Assembly: GCA_963827655.1 (NCBI GenBank)
Contig: CAWHCF010000023.1
Location: forward strand, 160,001-224,000
Length of the DNA: 64,000 bases
Reading direction: 5' to 3'
Origin: an uncultured Acidobacteriota bacterium
GTDB lineage: Bacteria > Acidobacteriota > UBA6911
Shown: piece after piece, positions 9,501-20,134 of the stretch
Position numbering within the stretch: position 1 is the stretch's first letter
Layout of the letters: the number at the start of each line of letters is the position of its first letter
The notes under the pieces: model-generated
Told to the model about the DNA's origin: nothing
Seen by the model: only the letters and a program-made list of their open reading frames with translations
The model's database searches: none
Position numbers and translations under genes: made by a program

Positions 9501-10787
9501 TCACGGGAGTATCCTAAGCTCTAATGTGGAAGACGCCGAACCATAAATCTTGCCGGCTTTCACGGTAGCGACCGGGACCAGCTTGAGATTCCCGGTCCGC
9601 TTCTGATTCATCGCATCTACGAATTCAAATTTCCCCTCGGTCAGCGAGAATACCGCCACGTCGGCCTCGGCCCCCTCGCGCAAGGTGCCCAGCCCGTCTG
9701 GAAAGCCAAAGGTGCGGGCAGGGTTGGTCGCGGCACGCTCGATCACCTGATCCAGAGTCAATCCCATGAGCATAAACTTCGAGAGCGTCGTTGCCAGATC
9801 ATACACAGGACCGTTCACGTTAAACTGATGCACGTCGCTCGAGATGGTGCCGGGAAGCAGATCCTGCTTGATCGCCTTCTCCGCCACATCGAAGGCGAAG
9901 CTTCCGCGCCCGTGCCCGACGTCGAGTCGCACACCGCGGCCGACCGCGGCGCGTACTTCGGGCAATACACGGCCGCCTGAATCCAGAATGCCGCCTTGGT
10001 TTCCGTGAAAGGTGTGGGTAATAACGTCCCCCTTGGTCATTACCGGAAGAATGTCGCTGAGCTGCGTGCTGGTGTTGCCGATGTGCACCATCAGAGGAAG
10101 TTTGACGGCATCGGCTGCCTCCTTGGCCAACCGGAGGGCGGAAAGATCATGTTCACCGGCAATCTGTCGCGAGAGCCTGACTTTGACTCCCAGGATCACG
10201 TCCCGGTTCTGCTCTATGGTTCGGATCGCGAGTTTGGGGTTGGCATAGCGCAGATCGAGCAGCTCGCCGTGCGGGTTGTCGTCGGACAGCGTCGATTGAC
10301 CGACCACCGAAATATTCAGCAACGCGTAAACCCGGGTGTCGACTACGTTGATCACGTATTTGCGCAGGCCCGGAAATGTGTGGGCTCCGGCTGAGCCGGC
10401 ATCGAGTACGGTGGTAACTCCCTTCGCGATGCAGTTCGGGTCGGCCGGAATGCCCAGCGGCGCCACACCGTCGTAAACGTGGACATGAACATCGATCAGC
10501 CCCGGAGTCACGACCTTGCCGCGGGCGTTCAGCACATGGCGCGCCTCCGTCTCCTGGATCCCGGCGGCAACCCGGGCGATCTTCCGGCCCGAAACGGCGA
10601 TATCCAGCTCGCCGGAAAGTTGCTGGGACGGATCTATCACCCGCCCCCCCTTGACCACCAGATCGTAGCGCGGCGCGGGCTGGGCTTGAGCCGCAAGCAG
10701 ATCGCGCCCGGCTTCCGCCAGGCTGCACACCAGCCAGGATCCGATGGCTGTTTGGTGCAAGAATTCTCGCCGGGTAACATGGTGCAT
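9501..10787 (-). CDS. Amidohydrolase/deacetylase family metallohydrolase (dihydroorotase-like), Tat signal
   Basis: TRREFL, PGLIDVHVH, GVTTVLDAGSAG, DVGHG, ISSDVH. Confidence 0.9.
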   Translation of the reverse strand: MHHVTRREFLHQTAIGSWLVCSLAEAGRDLLAAQAQPAPRYDLVVKGGRVIDPSQQLSGELDIAVSGRKIARVAAGIQETEARHVLNARGKVVTPGLIDVHVHVYDGVAPLGIPADPNCIAKGVTTVLDAGSAGAHTFPGLRKYVINVVDTRVYALLNISVVGQSTLSDDNPHGELLDLRYANPKLAIRTIEQNRDVILGVKVRLSRQIAGEHDLSALRLAKEAADAVKLPLMVHIGNTSTQLSDILPVMTKGDVITHTFHGNQGGILDSGGRVLPEVRAAVGRGVRLDVGHGRGSFAFDVAEKAIKQDLLPGTISSDVHQFNVNGPVYDLATTLSKFMLMGLTLDQVIERAATNPARTFGFPDGLGTLREGAEADVAVFSLTEGKFEFVDAMNQKRTGNLKLVPVATVKAGKIYGSASSTLELRILP

Positions 10788-10881
10788 GATGACAGCCTCC
10801 TTCGCGTCTTCGTGGTTGTGTGATTCTGTAACACATTAACCGCGAAGCGGCAAAGACGCCAAGAGATCTTCGAAACTTTTT

Positions 10882-10909
10882 GGAACTTTAAGGCGCCGCC
10901 GGAGGAATA
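10882..10909 (+). promoter_or_regulatory. Possible ECF-sigma promoter
   Basis: GGAACT-N17-GAATA directly upstream of the ECF sigma gene; ECF autoregulation is common. Confidence 0.3.
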
Positions 10910-10934
10910 ACATATGGATCGCACATAACAGACA

Positions 10935-11543
10935 ATGACAGCACTAGCCGACGCCAGCACCAACCATCTCCTGAGCCGGATGCAAGCCGGGGACGAGGCG
11001 GCCTTCGCCGAGCTTTACCGGCGGCTGCAAGGGAAAATTTACTGTTTTGCCCTTCAGATGAGCGGATCCGCCAGTATTGCCGAGGAGGTCACACAGGAAG
11101 TCTTTCTCACGCTGATCCGAGATCCGCGGCGCTACGATGCGCGGCGTGGACCTGTATCTGGATACCTCTACGGCATCGCCCGAAACTGCGTTCTTCGCTC
11201 ATTACAAACGAGGCGATCGGATACGCCGATCGAGGAAGAGGGCTGCGCCGAGTTCCTGATGGTTCAGGAGAACCCGCTCGGCGATCTGACGCGAAAAGAA
11301 ACGATCGAAGAGGTGCGCCGAGCCGTGCTGAGTCTGCCCGGGCATTATCGCGAGGTCGTCGTCCTCTGTGATTTGCATGAAATGGATTACGCCGAAGCAA
11401 GCAATGTGCTTTCCTGCTCGGTGGGGACCGTTCGCTCGCGCCTGCACCGCGCGCGCAAGCTGCTACTCGATAAACTCAAATCGAGAAGCGCCAGCTCCCC
11501 AGCCGGAGTGACGCTTCAACATCTGGCGAGGTGTACACGATGA
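10935..11543 (+). CDS. ECF RNA polymerase sigma factor
   Basis: GDEAAFAELY, AEEVTQEVF, YLYGIARN, CSVGTVRSRLHRAR. Confidence 0.93.
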   Translation: MTALADASTNHLLSRMQAGDEAAFAELYRRLQGKIYCFALQMSGSASIAEEVTQEVFLTLIRDPRRYDARRGPVSGYLYGIARNCVLRSLQTRRSDTPIEEEGCAEFLMVQENPLGDLTRKETIEEVRRAVLSLPGHYREVVVLCDLHEMDYAEASNVLSCSVGTVRSRLHRARKLLLDKLKSRSASSPAGVTLQHLARCTR

Positions 11544-12300
11544 ACTGCCAGGAATTCGATGCCATCGTCCTCGACCTGGTCCGCGGGAATCTGAAGGCGA
11601 CTGCCGCCCGCCGGGACGGCATGGCCCACGCATCGAATTGCCGTGGGTGTGCCGAACGGCTTTCCCAGGAACGTGTTTTAAGCGCCGGGCTCCAGGCCTG
11701 GGCCGAAAGTTCAGGCCGCGAGCCAGGCGCCGGAGCGGCTCGAAGCCGCGCTGCTCGCTGCCTTCCGGGCTCAGGCGCCGCTGCGTGCCGCCCACAGAGA
11801 CACGGAGAGCCGTCCGGCAAGGTTGAAGCTCGCCGCAGCCGGCATCCTGATACTCCTGGGAGCGACTCTGGCATTCCTCGAGAATGGCAGAGTCCGCGGC
11901 CCTTCACCATCCGCCGGCCGGAAAACTCTCTGCCGGCCCTGTCGGGGCTGCGCCACAGATCGAGTCTGAATCCGAGCGCAGGCCTGTCAAGGAGACTGCG
12001 CAACCCCGACCGGCAGCTCAGGCGAAACGCCAGATCGCCCGGCCTGCCGGCGCGCGTGTGGCGTCGAATCGGGTTGAGGAAATCACCACAGGCTTCATTC
12101 CTTTACCGTATGGAAGCGGTTTGAATCTGTGGGAAGACGGCCCTGCGGCAAAGATCCATCTCATACGGATGCGGCTTCCCCGCTCGGCGCTGCTTACGAC
12201 AGGTTTGCCCATGAACGAAGAGCGCGCCGATGAACCGGTCCTGGCCGACGTACTCTTCACGGAGGATGGCCTGGCGCGAGGAATCCGCTTTGTTAATTGA
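11540..12300 (+). CDS. Putative zinc-binding anti-sigma factor (frameshifted)
   Basis: ATGA overlap with the sigma gene; MNCQEF...HASNCRGC (HxxxCxxC). C-terminus in another frame: FIPLPYG...RMRLPRSAL...ADVLFTEDGLARGIRFV. Confidence 0.75.
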
Positions 12301-12346
12301 ATGACCGGTCTTAACATAAACACTTAAACAACGAGGAGAAGGAGAA

Positions 12347-13277
12347 ATGAATACTCCGAAAACCATGATGATGGCCGCACTCGCCATACTGAGCGGCGCG
12401 GGCGGTATGTTCGCGCAGAAGGTCGAGGTAGCCGGACCCGAGGCCGACTTCACCTTGATGAAGGAGAAGGTCTGGATGGCTGCCGAACTGAGCTATGGGA
12501 CCAAACCCATCAAGGGCGCCCCTTATTCGGCGCAGGCGGTCAAAGAAATTGAACAGGTGCTCATCGATGGCAATCGCATCTACCGCCGAACCGCGTCATC
12601 GATCTACCGCGACAGCGAGGGACGGACGCGGCACGAGCAAAGCCCGATCGGGATCGGACCCTTCGCGGCCGGTGACGAAACTCTCGTCTTTATCAACGAC
12701 CCCGTTACGAGTGTCACCTATGTCCTGGAACCGCGGAGCCACACAGCGCGAAAATCAACTCACGTGGTGCTTGCCGGGCCGCCGGGAGAGCGAGCTGGTA
12801 TGGCTGTGTTCGGCGCGGTCGGGTCTAGCGCGGTCGGCGTCTGGCGCGGTCGCGTCTGGTGTGGCGTTTGGCGGGCAGCCGGGAGAGCTGCCGCGAGCGC
12901 ATTTCAAGGCACGTCTGGAGGGCGGCCCGAGTAATGTTCGACGCGAATCGCTTGGGAAGCAGATGGTCGAAGGCGTGGAGGCGGAAGGAACTCGGACGGT
13001 GATTACGATTCCCGCCGGACAAATCGGCAACGAACGAGCGATTGAGATAATTTCCGAGCGTTGGTACTCCGATGAACTGGCGGCCGTCATCATGAGCCGC
13101 GAGCTCGATCCACGCTCCGGCGAGACTCGCTATCGCCTCACCAACCTCAGCCGCGCCGAACCTCCGCGCGCGCTCTTCGAAGTCCCCTCGGACTACACGA
13201 TCGAGGATGGCGGCAGCCATCCGGGACACTTCCAGATGTTTGTTCCGCCCGTCAAGTTCGCCGGCCCGAAGCCTTGA
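12347..13277 (+). CDS. Secreted hypothetical protein with GAPYSA / YRDSEGRTR motifs (frameshift near 12840)
   Basis: Signal peptide, then KGAPYSAQAV...IYRDSEGRTRHE; continues in ORF 12495..13277 (ESLGKQMVEGVEAEGTR...LFEVPSDY). Confidence 0.75.
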
Positions 13278-13315
13278 ATGTTCAGTATATTTGGCGGGAG
13301 TAAGGCGCTCTCTTG

Positions 13316-13395
13316 ATAGGGGCAGGGGCGGGCGTTCGCCGCCCCTCCCTCCGAACCGTGCAGGCGGTTTTCCCGCACACGGCTCTCCAAAGCAC
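13316..13395 (-). ncRNA. Group II intron 3' remnant (domains V-VI)
   Basis: Minus strand reads GGAGAGCCGTGTGCGGGAAAACCGCCTGCACGGTTCGGAGGGAGGGGCGGCGAACGCCCGCCCCTGCCCCTAT; AGC triad, ends in AT. Confidence 0.85.
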
Positions 13396-13399
13396 GAAA

Positions 13400-13620
13400 A
13401 CTGCTTCATTTCCTCGTCTGTCACTTTGATCCCTGTGCTGTATTTCTTTCTGATCAGGCAAGCGGTCACTGTCAGTCCCTGCTCGGTGTTCGTGCGCCGG
13501 ATGTAGTTCAGCCGTACCATAGCGGTCGAGCGGGCGGCCCGCCCATTCCTTGCTGATTTCGCTGAAGAGCCGGTGCTCGATGATATTCCACTTGGATGCA
13601 CCGGTGGGATAGTGTCGCAT
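13400..13620 (-). pseudogene. ISAzo13-family transposase C-terminal fragment
   Basis: HYPTGASKWNIIEHRLFSEISKEWAGRPL, then in another frame LNYIRRTNTEQGLTVTACLIRKKYSTGIKVTDEEM. Confidence 0.85.
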
Positions 13621-13720
13621 TCAGTCCGCTGACCGAGCAGGCATTGACAACCAACGCGTTTGGCCATAGAATGCCCGTTCCTCAAACCGAAGTTTCTCCA
13701 TCCTGAAAGGAAAGTTGCGC

Positions 13721-14398
13721 ATGCAAAGAGCTTTGATGTTGTTTGCCTTGGTGTGCCTCGCCTTGACTCCCGCGTTGGCCCAGGATCCCGTGAAAGTGGC
13801 GGCGAAGCAATGCAAGGTGGCGCTCGAAAACGAATACGTACGAATTTTGCATTGGACCGTCAGCGCGAACCAAAAGACCCCCATGCACGAGCACCCCGCT
13901 CTGGTGTCGATTTCGCTGTCCTCCGGCAAGACTCGCTTTGCGACTCCCGACGGAAAGACAACGGAAGTGGAGACCAAGGCCGGTCAAGCGACGTGGAGCG
14001 ATTCGGAAAAACATTCAAGTGAGGAATTGAGCGGCAAGGCGGGCGAAGTCATTCAAGTAGAACTGAAGAAGAAACCGTCTGCCGCCATGACGGCCGTCCC
14101 AGCCTCCGAAGATTCCCTCAAGGTGGATCCAAAACACTACAAAGTTGAATTCCAGAATGACCAGGTCCGCGTCCTACGGATCAAATACGGGCCGAAAGAA
14201 AAGTCCGTAATGCATTCGCATCCGGCAAACGTTGCCGTTTTTCTCACGGACGGACAGGGGAAATTCACCTTAGCCGACGGCAAGACACAGGAGGAGAGTT
14301 TCAAAGCGGGGCAGTCGCGGTGGGCGGACAAAGATAAACACCTGCCGGAGAATCCCACCGCCAAACCGTTTGAAGTGATTCTGGTCGAGTTGAAATAG
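13721..14398 (+). CDS. Secreted tandem cupin-domain protein
   Basis: Signal peptide ending ALA-QD; two homologous halves (ENEYVRIL...PMHEHP and QNDQVRVL...VMHSHP). Confidence 0.8.
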   Translation: MQRALMLFALVCLALTPALAQDPVKVAAKQCKVALENEYVRILHWTVSANQKTPMHEHPALVSISLSSGKTRFATPDGKTTEVETKAGQATWSDSEKHSSEELSGKAGEVIQVELKKKPSAAMTAVPASEDSLKVDPKHYKVEFQNDQVRVLRIKYGPKEKSVMHSHPANVAVFLTDGQGKFTLADGKTQEESFKAGQSRWADKDKHLPENPTAKPFEVILVELK

Positions 14399-14659
14399 AA
14401 GTTTCGAACAATCAACACGAGGCTGGGGGGAAGGGCAATCCATCTTTCGCCACAGTTGGGTACTTGGAGGCCGGCCCGGCCCAGTCGCTACTTGCTCGGG
14501 GATGGAGCGCGTCGTGGCAGCACTTCATATCGAATCCTGCTTCATTCCCTGGAGCTTGAGGATCGGAATAACGTGTCGCGGGGCGCTCAGGCAGTCCGCT
14601 GGGCGGCCGCGGAGAATATCGCACTCGACGATCCTGCGGCCAACGGTTAGAATCTGATC

Positions 14660-14869
14660 ATGCGCATCACACAAGGCAAAGTAACGGGTGGGCATATCGT
14701 CGTGGAAGGTGAGTCTCTAAGGGAGGGGTCGACCGTTACGATCCTGGTACCCGATGAAGGTAGCTTCACCCTGAGCAAAGAGGACGAAGCTGCCCTTCTC
14801 GAATCGATCGCTGAGGCGGATCGGGATGAGTTACTCGACGGTAGAGATGTCCTGAACCAGCTTCCCTAA
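14660..14869 (+). CDS. Putative type II antitoxin
   Basis: 69 aa with acidic C-terminus (EDEAALLESIAEADRDELLD), 6 bp upstream of a ParE-like gene. Confidence 0.65.
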   Translation: MRITQGKVTGGHIVVEGESLREGSTVTILVPDEGSFTLSKEDEAALLESIAEADRDELLDGRDVLNQLP

Positions 14870-14875
14870 CCGGCA

Positions 14876-15170
14876 ATGCTGCCGATCAAGGTCACCCGCC
14901 GTGCTGCTGCCCAGATACGAGAGGCGGCAATCTGGTGGTTGACAAACAGGCCGGCGGCTCCGGAAACTCTCAAGGAAGAGATTCGACGAGTGTTCGACCT
15001 CATAGCCCAGCAGCCTGCCATTGGGGCTCGCGCTACGAACATCAGGTTAACGGGAATTAGACGAATCCATCTCAGCCGGGTTCACTATCACTCTACTATC
15101 GGGTTCGGTCGACCCGCATCGAAGTTGTGGCATTGTGACATACAAGCCGCGCGATCGGTCCGTACGTGTA
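14876..15170 (+). pseudogene. RelE/ParE family toxin, disrupted
   Basis: IKVTRRAAAQIREAAIWW...QQPAIG...GIRRIHLSRVHYH, then frameshift to LYYRV...IEVVAL*HTSR; TGA stands where Trp is expected. Confidence 0.75.
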
Positions 15171-15689
15171 AAGCCTGCCGAACGCCGTTTCGGATCGTCT
15201 GCTCCGTGCTGCATCGCATCGTGCTTTACACGGCTTTGCTGAGCCGCTTATAATCGCCTCTGTTGCCGGGTGGTTGCCGCCCCTCTGGAAATCGCGCTCG
15301 CACCCGTACCACACAATTGAACAAAGAAACTGCTACCCTGGCTTCCTGTGAGAGGCACAGCGGTGTCAATTTCTGCCACTCTCGTTCATATCGGCGCCTC
15401 CCTCCCCCGGGATGCTGGCCACGGCGCTCAATAGCAGAGGGTTGGTCCCGGCCGTCGAAGCTTTCGATTGCGCTAAGGGCGCTTTCATCTCGTCACGATC
15501 AAATGTGTCGAAGCCGATCATGCCGCCGCGCCTCAACAGGCTGATCTTGGATCGGGAATCGGAAGCCCGGCCGCACCGAGCGGCTTTCGAAGATGAACCT
15601 CCCATCTCCGGCATTGTGGGCCAGACCATGCGCTGGGTTTTGGGGTACGATCGCCCCTACATCGCACCCAAGACCGGGAATCAGTGACC

Positions 15690-16023
15690 ATGTCCAACCC
15701 TTTCTTCGACCACCCGATCCTGAACTCCCCTTACGATAACCCGCAACGGCACTGGGAGTTGGACTCTTCCGGGCAGCCGACACAGCGCATCATCGAACGG
15801 CGCCGTCGTGCAGAGTTCATTACGCCGATTCCGAAGCCCAAGAAGCGAAAATCCAAGGGGGCACAGCCAGGACTGGTCTTCGACGAAGGAAAAGGGCTCT
15901 CGACAAAGGAGCAGCAATACGAATCCTACCTCCATCATCAACGACGTGCGCGGGCAGGTCGCCACCTGGCGAGAGTTGCCTCGCAGCTCATGGCAAGTTA
16001 CGCCTGAATCCGCCCGGCTGCTT
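15690..16023 (+). pseudogene. N-terminal fragment of a type III restriction (Res) subunit
   Basis: MSNPFFDHPILNSPYDNPQRHWELDSSGQPTQRIIERRRRAEFITPIPKPKKRK...IINDVRGQVATWR...WQVTPESARLL. Confidence 0.75.
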
Positions 16024-16673
16024 ATCCGCGGGCGAGCCAGGACCCTACGCATCAACTACCGCACCTCCCACCAGATACGGCAACAGGCCGACCGCCTGCT
16101 CGGTCCGGAAATGACCGATGTGGACGGCAACGTGGAGTACCGCAGCGACGCCATTTCCGTCTTCAACGGCCCGGCGCCCATCATAAGCGTCGTCGGGAAC
16201 GAGGGTGAAGAAATCAGAGTCGTCGGAGGATGGCTTTCCGAACAGGCGAAAGCCGGAATTCAGCCGCATGAATTCGGCGTGTTCGTGCGCTCAACCGGGC
16301 AACTGGAGCGCGCCCAGGACGCCGTTAAGGAAGCCGGGTTGCCGTTCAAGATTCTCGACGAGCGCGTTGAGACGACCAGCGGTCATGTTTCCATCAGCAC
16401 GATGCACGTAGCCAAAGGGTTGGAATTCCGCAGCGTGGCGGTGATGGCCTGCGACGACGAAATCATTCCCCTGCAGGAGCGTATCGAGGCGTGGGCGACG
16501 ATGCGGACCTACAAGAAGTTTACGACACGGAGCGCCACCTCCTCTACGTCGCATGCACACGCGCGAGAGATCATCTGCTTGTGACGGGCGTCATACCCGC
16601 GTCTGAGTTCTTGGATGACTTGAAGACGAAACCCTCCAGGCTCGCTAACAGCTTGCCGACCCCTGATTCTTAG
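16024..16673 (+). pseudogene. C-terminal fragment of a UvrD/SF1 helicase
   Basis: LRINYRTS, STMHVAKGLEFRSV and (after a frameshift) ERHLLYVACTRARD; no Walker A/B part. Confidence 0.8.
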
Positions 16674-16840
16674 CGTTTCTTCGTGTCTTTGCGTCTTTGT
16701 GGTGGCTTTTGGTTTTTCCGTCCTTCCCATCGAAAATTCAAAATTCAACGTCTGACCTCTCGCTTGTTGGCGTACAATCTCCCGCACTAGTCGGTAGCGG
16801 GTCATTTTCACGGACAGCCTAATCCGAAGGGGAATACTGT

Positions 16841-19800
16841 ATGAGAATGCGACCTTTCCTGTGCGCCCTCACGACTCTCTTTTGCCTGGCAACTTCGGCT
16901 CTCGCGCAAGTCGACACCGGGACCATCACCGGCACCGTCACGGATCCCTCGGGCGCCGTGCTTGCCGGCGCCAGCGTGATCCTCACTCACGAAGAGAGCA
17001 AGACTTCCCGGACGATTCTGACCAACGAGGTCGGGTATTACGCCGCCCCCAATCTTCACGCTGGCTCGTACTCGATCAGGGCCGAGCTCTCCGGATTCAA
17101 AACCCAGGAACAGAGAGGAATCGTGCTCCGCCTCCAGGATCGGCTGCGCGTCGATTTCCGATTGCAGATTGGCGAGCTGGCCGAGGTGGTGTCGGTGACC
17201 GGCACGCCTCCGATTCTAGAAACAGAGACTTCGAACCTGGGGCAGGTGGTGGAGCAGAAGACAGTCGAAAACCTCCCGTTGAATGGGCGCAACTTCGTGC
17301 AGCTTGCGCTCCTTTCGGCCGGAGTGACCCCTTCACACCGCACGGTTCAGCGCGACACATTCGTATCGAACGGGATGCGGCCGATCCAGAACAGTTACAT
17401 CGTGGACGGCATGGAGAACAAGACCCACGTGACGGGTTTTGACGATTCAAGCGCCCAGGCCCATCGCCCTTCGATCGACGCCATTCAGGAGTTCAAAGTT
17501 CAGACCAGCACATTTTCTGCGGAGTACGGGCAGGGCGCAGGGGCGGTCTTGACCGCGACCATCAAGTCAGGCACCAACGGCTTTCATGGCAGCGCCTTTG
17601 AGTTTCACCGCAATGCCGTGCTCGACGCCACGCCCTTCTTTCAGCCGCCGGATACAGACAAACCCCAATTCATCGAAAACCAGTTTGGCGGAACGTTAGG
17701 CGGGCCGATCCGGAAAAACTCCGCATTCTTTCTTTTTCAGCTATGAGGGGACGCGTATTGTGAGCGGCGCTCCCCGCATCGGGACCGTCCCGACTGCGGA
17801 CATGCGCGAGGGGCGCTTCGGCACCCGCCAGATTTACGATCCGGCCACTGTCCGCCCGAACCCGACCGGCACGGGTTCTATTCGAGACCTCTTTCCCAAT
17901 AACTCCATTCCCGCCGCGCGCTGGGATCCGGTCGCCGTGAAGGTGCTTCAGCTGGCTCCGCTCCCCAACCTGCCCGGCGCGGTCAACAATCACTTCTACA
18001 ATCCGAGGCAAACGGTGATCGAGGATAGCGTGGACGCCCGAGTGGACCTCAAGCTCGGGACCAACGACAGCTTGTTCGGGCGCTTCAGTCTGTCCAATGG
18101 CGAAAACCTTCTCCCGCCTCCTCTGCCGGCGCCGGCCAATGACCCTTCGACGGCGTATCCCACGGGTCGCTCGTTCGTCATGGCTTATACCAGAACCCTC
18201 AGCTCGAAGGTTGTGAATGAGACTCGCTGGGGATTCAATCGCAGCCTTCTGGTGCAAGACATCGAGACCCCGCGGCTCTTCGAGGAGTTTGGCATCAATG
18301 AACCGGCGAAGGACCCGGCGGTCAAGGGACTCCCCGAGTTTGCTATTTCAGGCTTCTCCACGCTCGGCACCGCAGCTCCTGCCGCGGGCCTTCCGCTGCA
18401 GGTGACCGGCAGCGGCTAATCTCCCGATAAAGAAGGCCGGCATGGGAACGACTCTGTCCGACGTCGTCTCGATTCTTCACGGCAATCATTCTTTCAAGCT
18501 CGGTGCGGAAGTCTGGTGGAACCAGCTCAACGCCAACGTCACTCTGACGGCCCGTCCCAATTTCAACTTCAATGGCGTCTATACCCAGAATCCCCAGAAT
18601 CGCACGGGCAACGGGCACGCATTCGCCGATTTTCTGCTCGGGCTGGCGAATAACGCCACGACGAGCACCCGCGGGATAAGCGGACTGCGGAATCGCAACT
18701 ATCTCTTCTTCCTCCAGGATGACTGGAAGCTCACCCGCCGCTTCACACTCAACCTGGGCATTCGTTACGAGCTGGTGACCCCTTACTATGAAGTGAACAA
18801 CCGGCAGAGCCAGATCCTGTTCGAAGGCTCCGCGCTTCGCCTGGTTACGGCCGGGTCGGGCGGAGATTCGCTCTTCGATCGCGCCTTTGTGCGGCTGGAT
18901 CGGAACAACTTTGCGCCCCGTATCGGCCTGGCCTACCAGGCGCGGGAGAAGACCGTCGTGCGTGCCGGCTTTGGCGTGTTTTACGGACGCGACGAAGACA
19001 TCGGCGTATCGCGTCGTCTGGTCAGCAATCCCCCCTGGTTCGTGCGCACCACTTTCCCCAGCGATCAGATCAATCCCAGTATCAAACTTTCCACCGGCAT
19101 ACCCGACGGCACCCTCGATCCGAGCAGCGTGCGCAACCCCGAGGTCAATCATTATCCGGAAGAATCTCCGCTTCCCTATGTTCTGCAATGGTCGCTCAAC
19201 ATCCAGCAGGAGCTTCCCCACGACTTCCTCTTCCACGTCGGCTATACCGGCTCCGTTTCCCAGAAGCTTTATTTACCGGTGAACATCAATCGACCTCTTC
19301 CAGGTCCCGGAGCCGTTGACCCGCGCAGACCTTACCAGGGCTACAGCAACATCTTCGTCTACGGACCCGGCGTGCGCGGAAACTACCATTCTCTTTTCGT
19401 CCGCGCGCGAGCGCCGGTTCTCGGGCGGCTACAGTCTCCTCACGAGCTATACTCTGGGCCACAGCATCGATACAGGGAAGTTTCAGAACGAGGGGGGCGC
19501 CGACATCCAGGACTACCTTGACAGCAACGCCGAGCGCGCCAGTTCAAACAACGACATCCGTCACCGCCTGGTCGCGAGCTTCATTTACGAGTCCCCGTTC
19601 GGTCGAGGGCGGAAATGGGCCCAGTCAGGTCCGGCGGCCGTGCTTCTCGGAGGCTGGCGATGGACCGGCATCTCCAGCCTGAACAGCGGCCTACCCTTCA
19701 GCATCACGATGCAGACCGATACCTCGAACTCGCTGGCTCCGCTGCGTCCCAATCGCGTGGGAGACGGTAATCTCTCCCGTTCCGAGCAAACCCTGGAGCG

Positions 19801-20092
19801 TTACTTCGATCTGGACGCCTTCGTAGCGCCGGCGCCATTCACGTTCGGTAACGCGGGGAGGAATATCTTGCGCGGACCCGGCACCGTCAACTTCGACTTT
19901 GGGGTTCATCGAGACTTCCGAATCACCGAGGGAGTTTCCTTTCAATTCCGCGCCGAGCTCTTCAACGCCTTCAATACGCCTCAGTTCAATGACCCTGCTT
20001 CAGTGCTGGGTAACGCTCAGGCGGGAGTGATTGGATCGCCGACGCGGGGGACGGAGCGGCAGATCCAGTTCGGGGCACGACTCGCTTTTTGA
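16841..20092 (+). CDS. TonB-dependent receptor (Oar-like, carboxypeptidase-regulatory N-domain) with several frameshifts
   Basis: Pieces 16841..17746, 17760..18419, 18442..19521 and 19316..20092. GTITGTVTDPSGAV, LPLNGRNF, KSGTNGFHGS, QDDWK, FRAELFNAFN, terminal F. Confidence 0.88.
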
Positions 20093-20134
20093 TCTCTTAG
20101 TGTTTCTTCGAGTCTTCGACGCCTTAGTGGTTTT

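Noticed and set aside
15260-15687. ORFs 15412-15687 and 15366-15629 as real genes
   Set aside because: No identifiable family; possibly the decayed tail of a gene upstream of Res, but unsupported.
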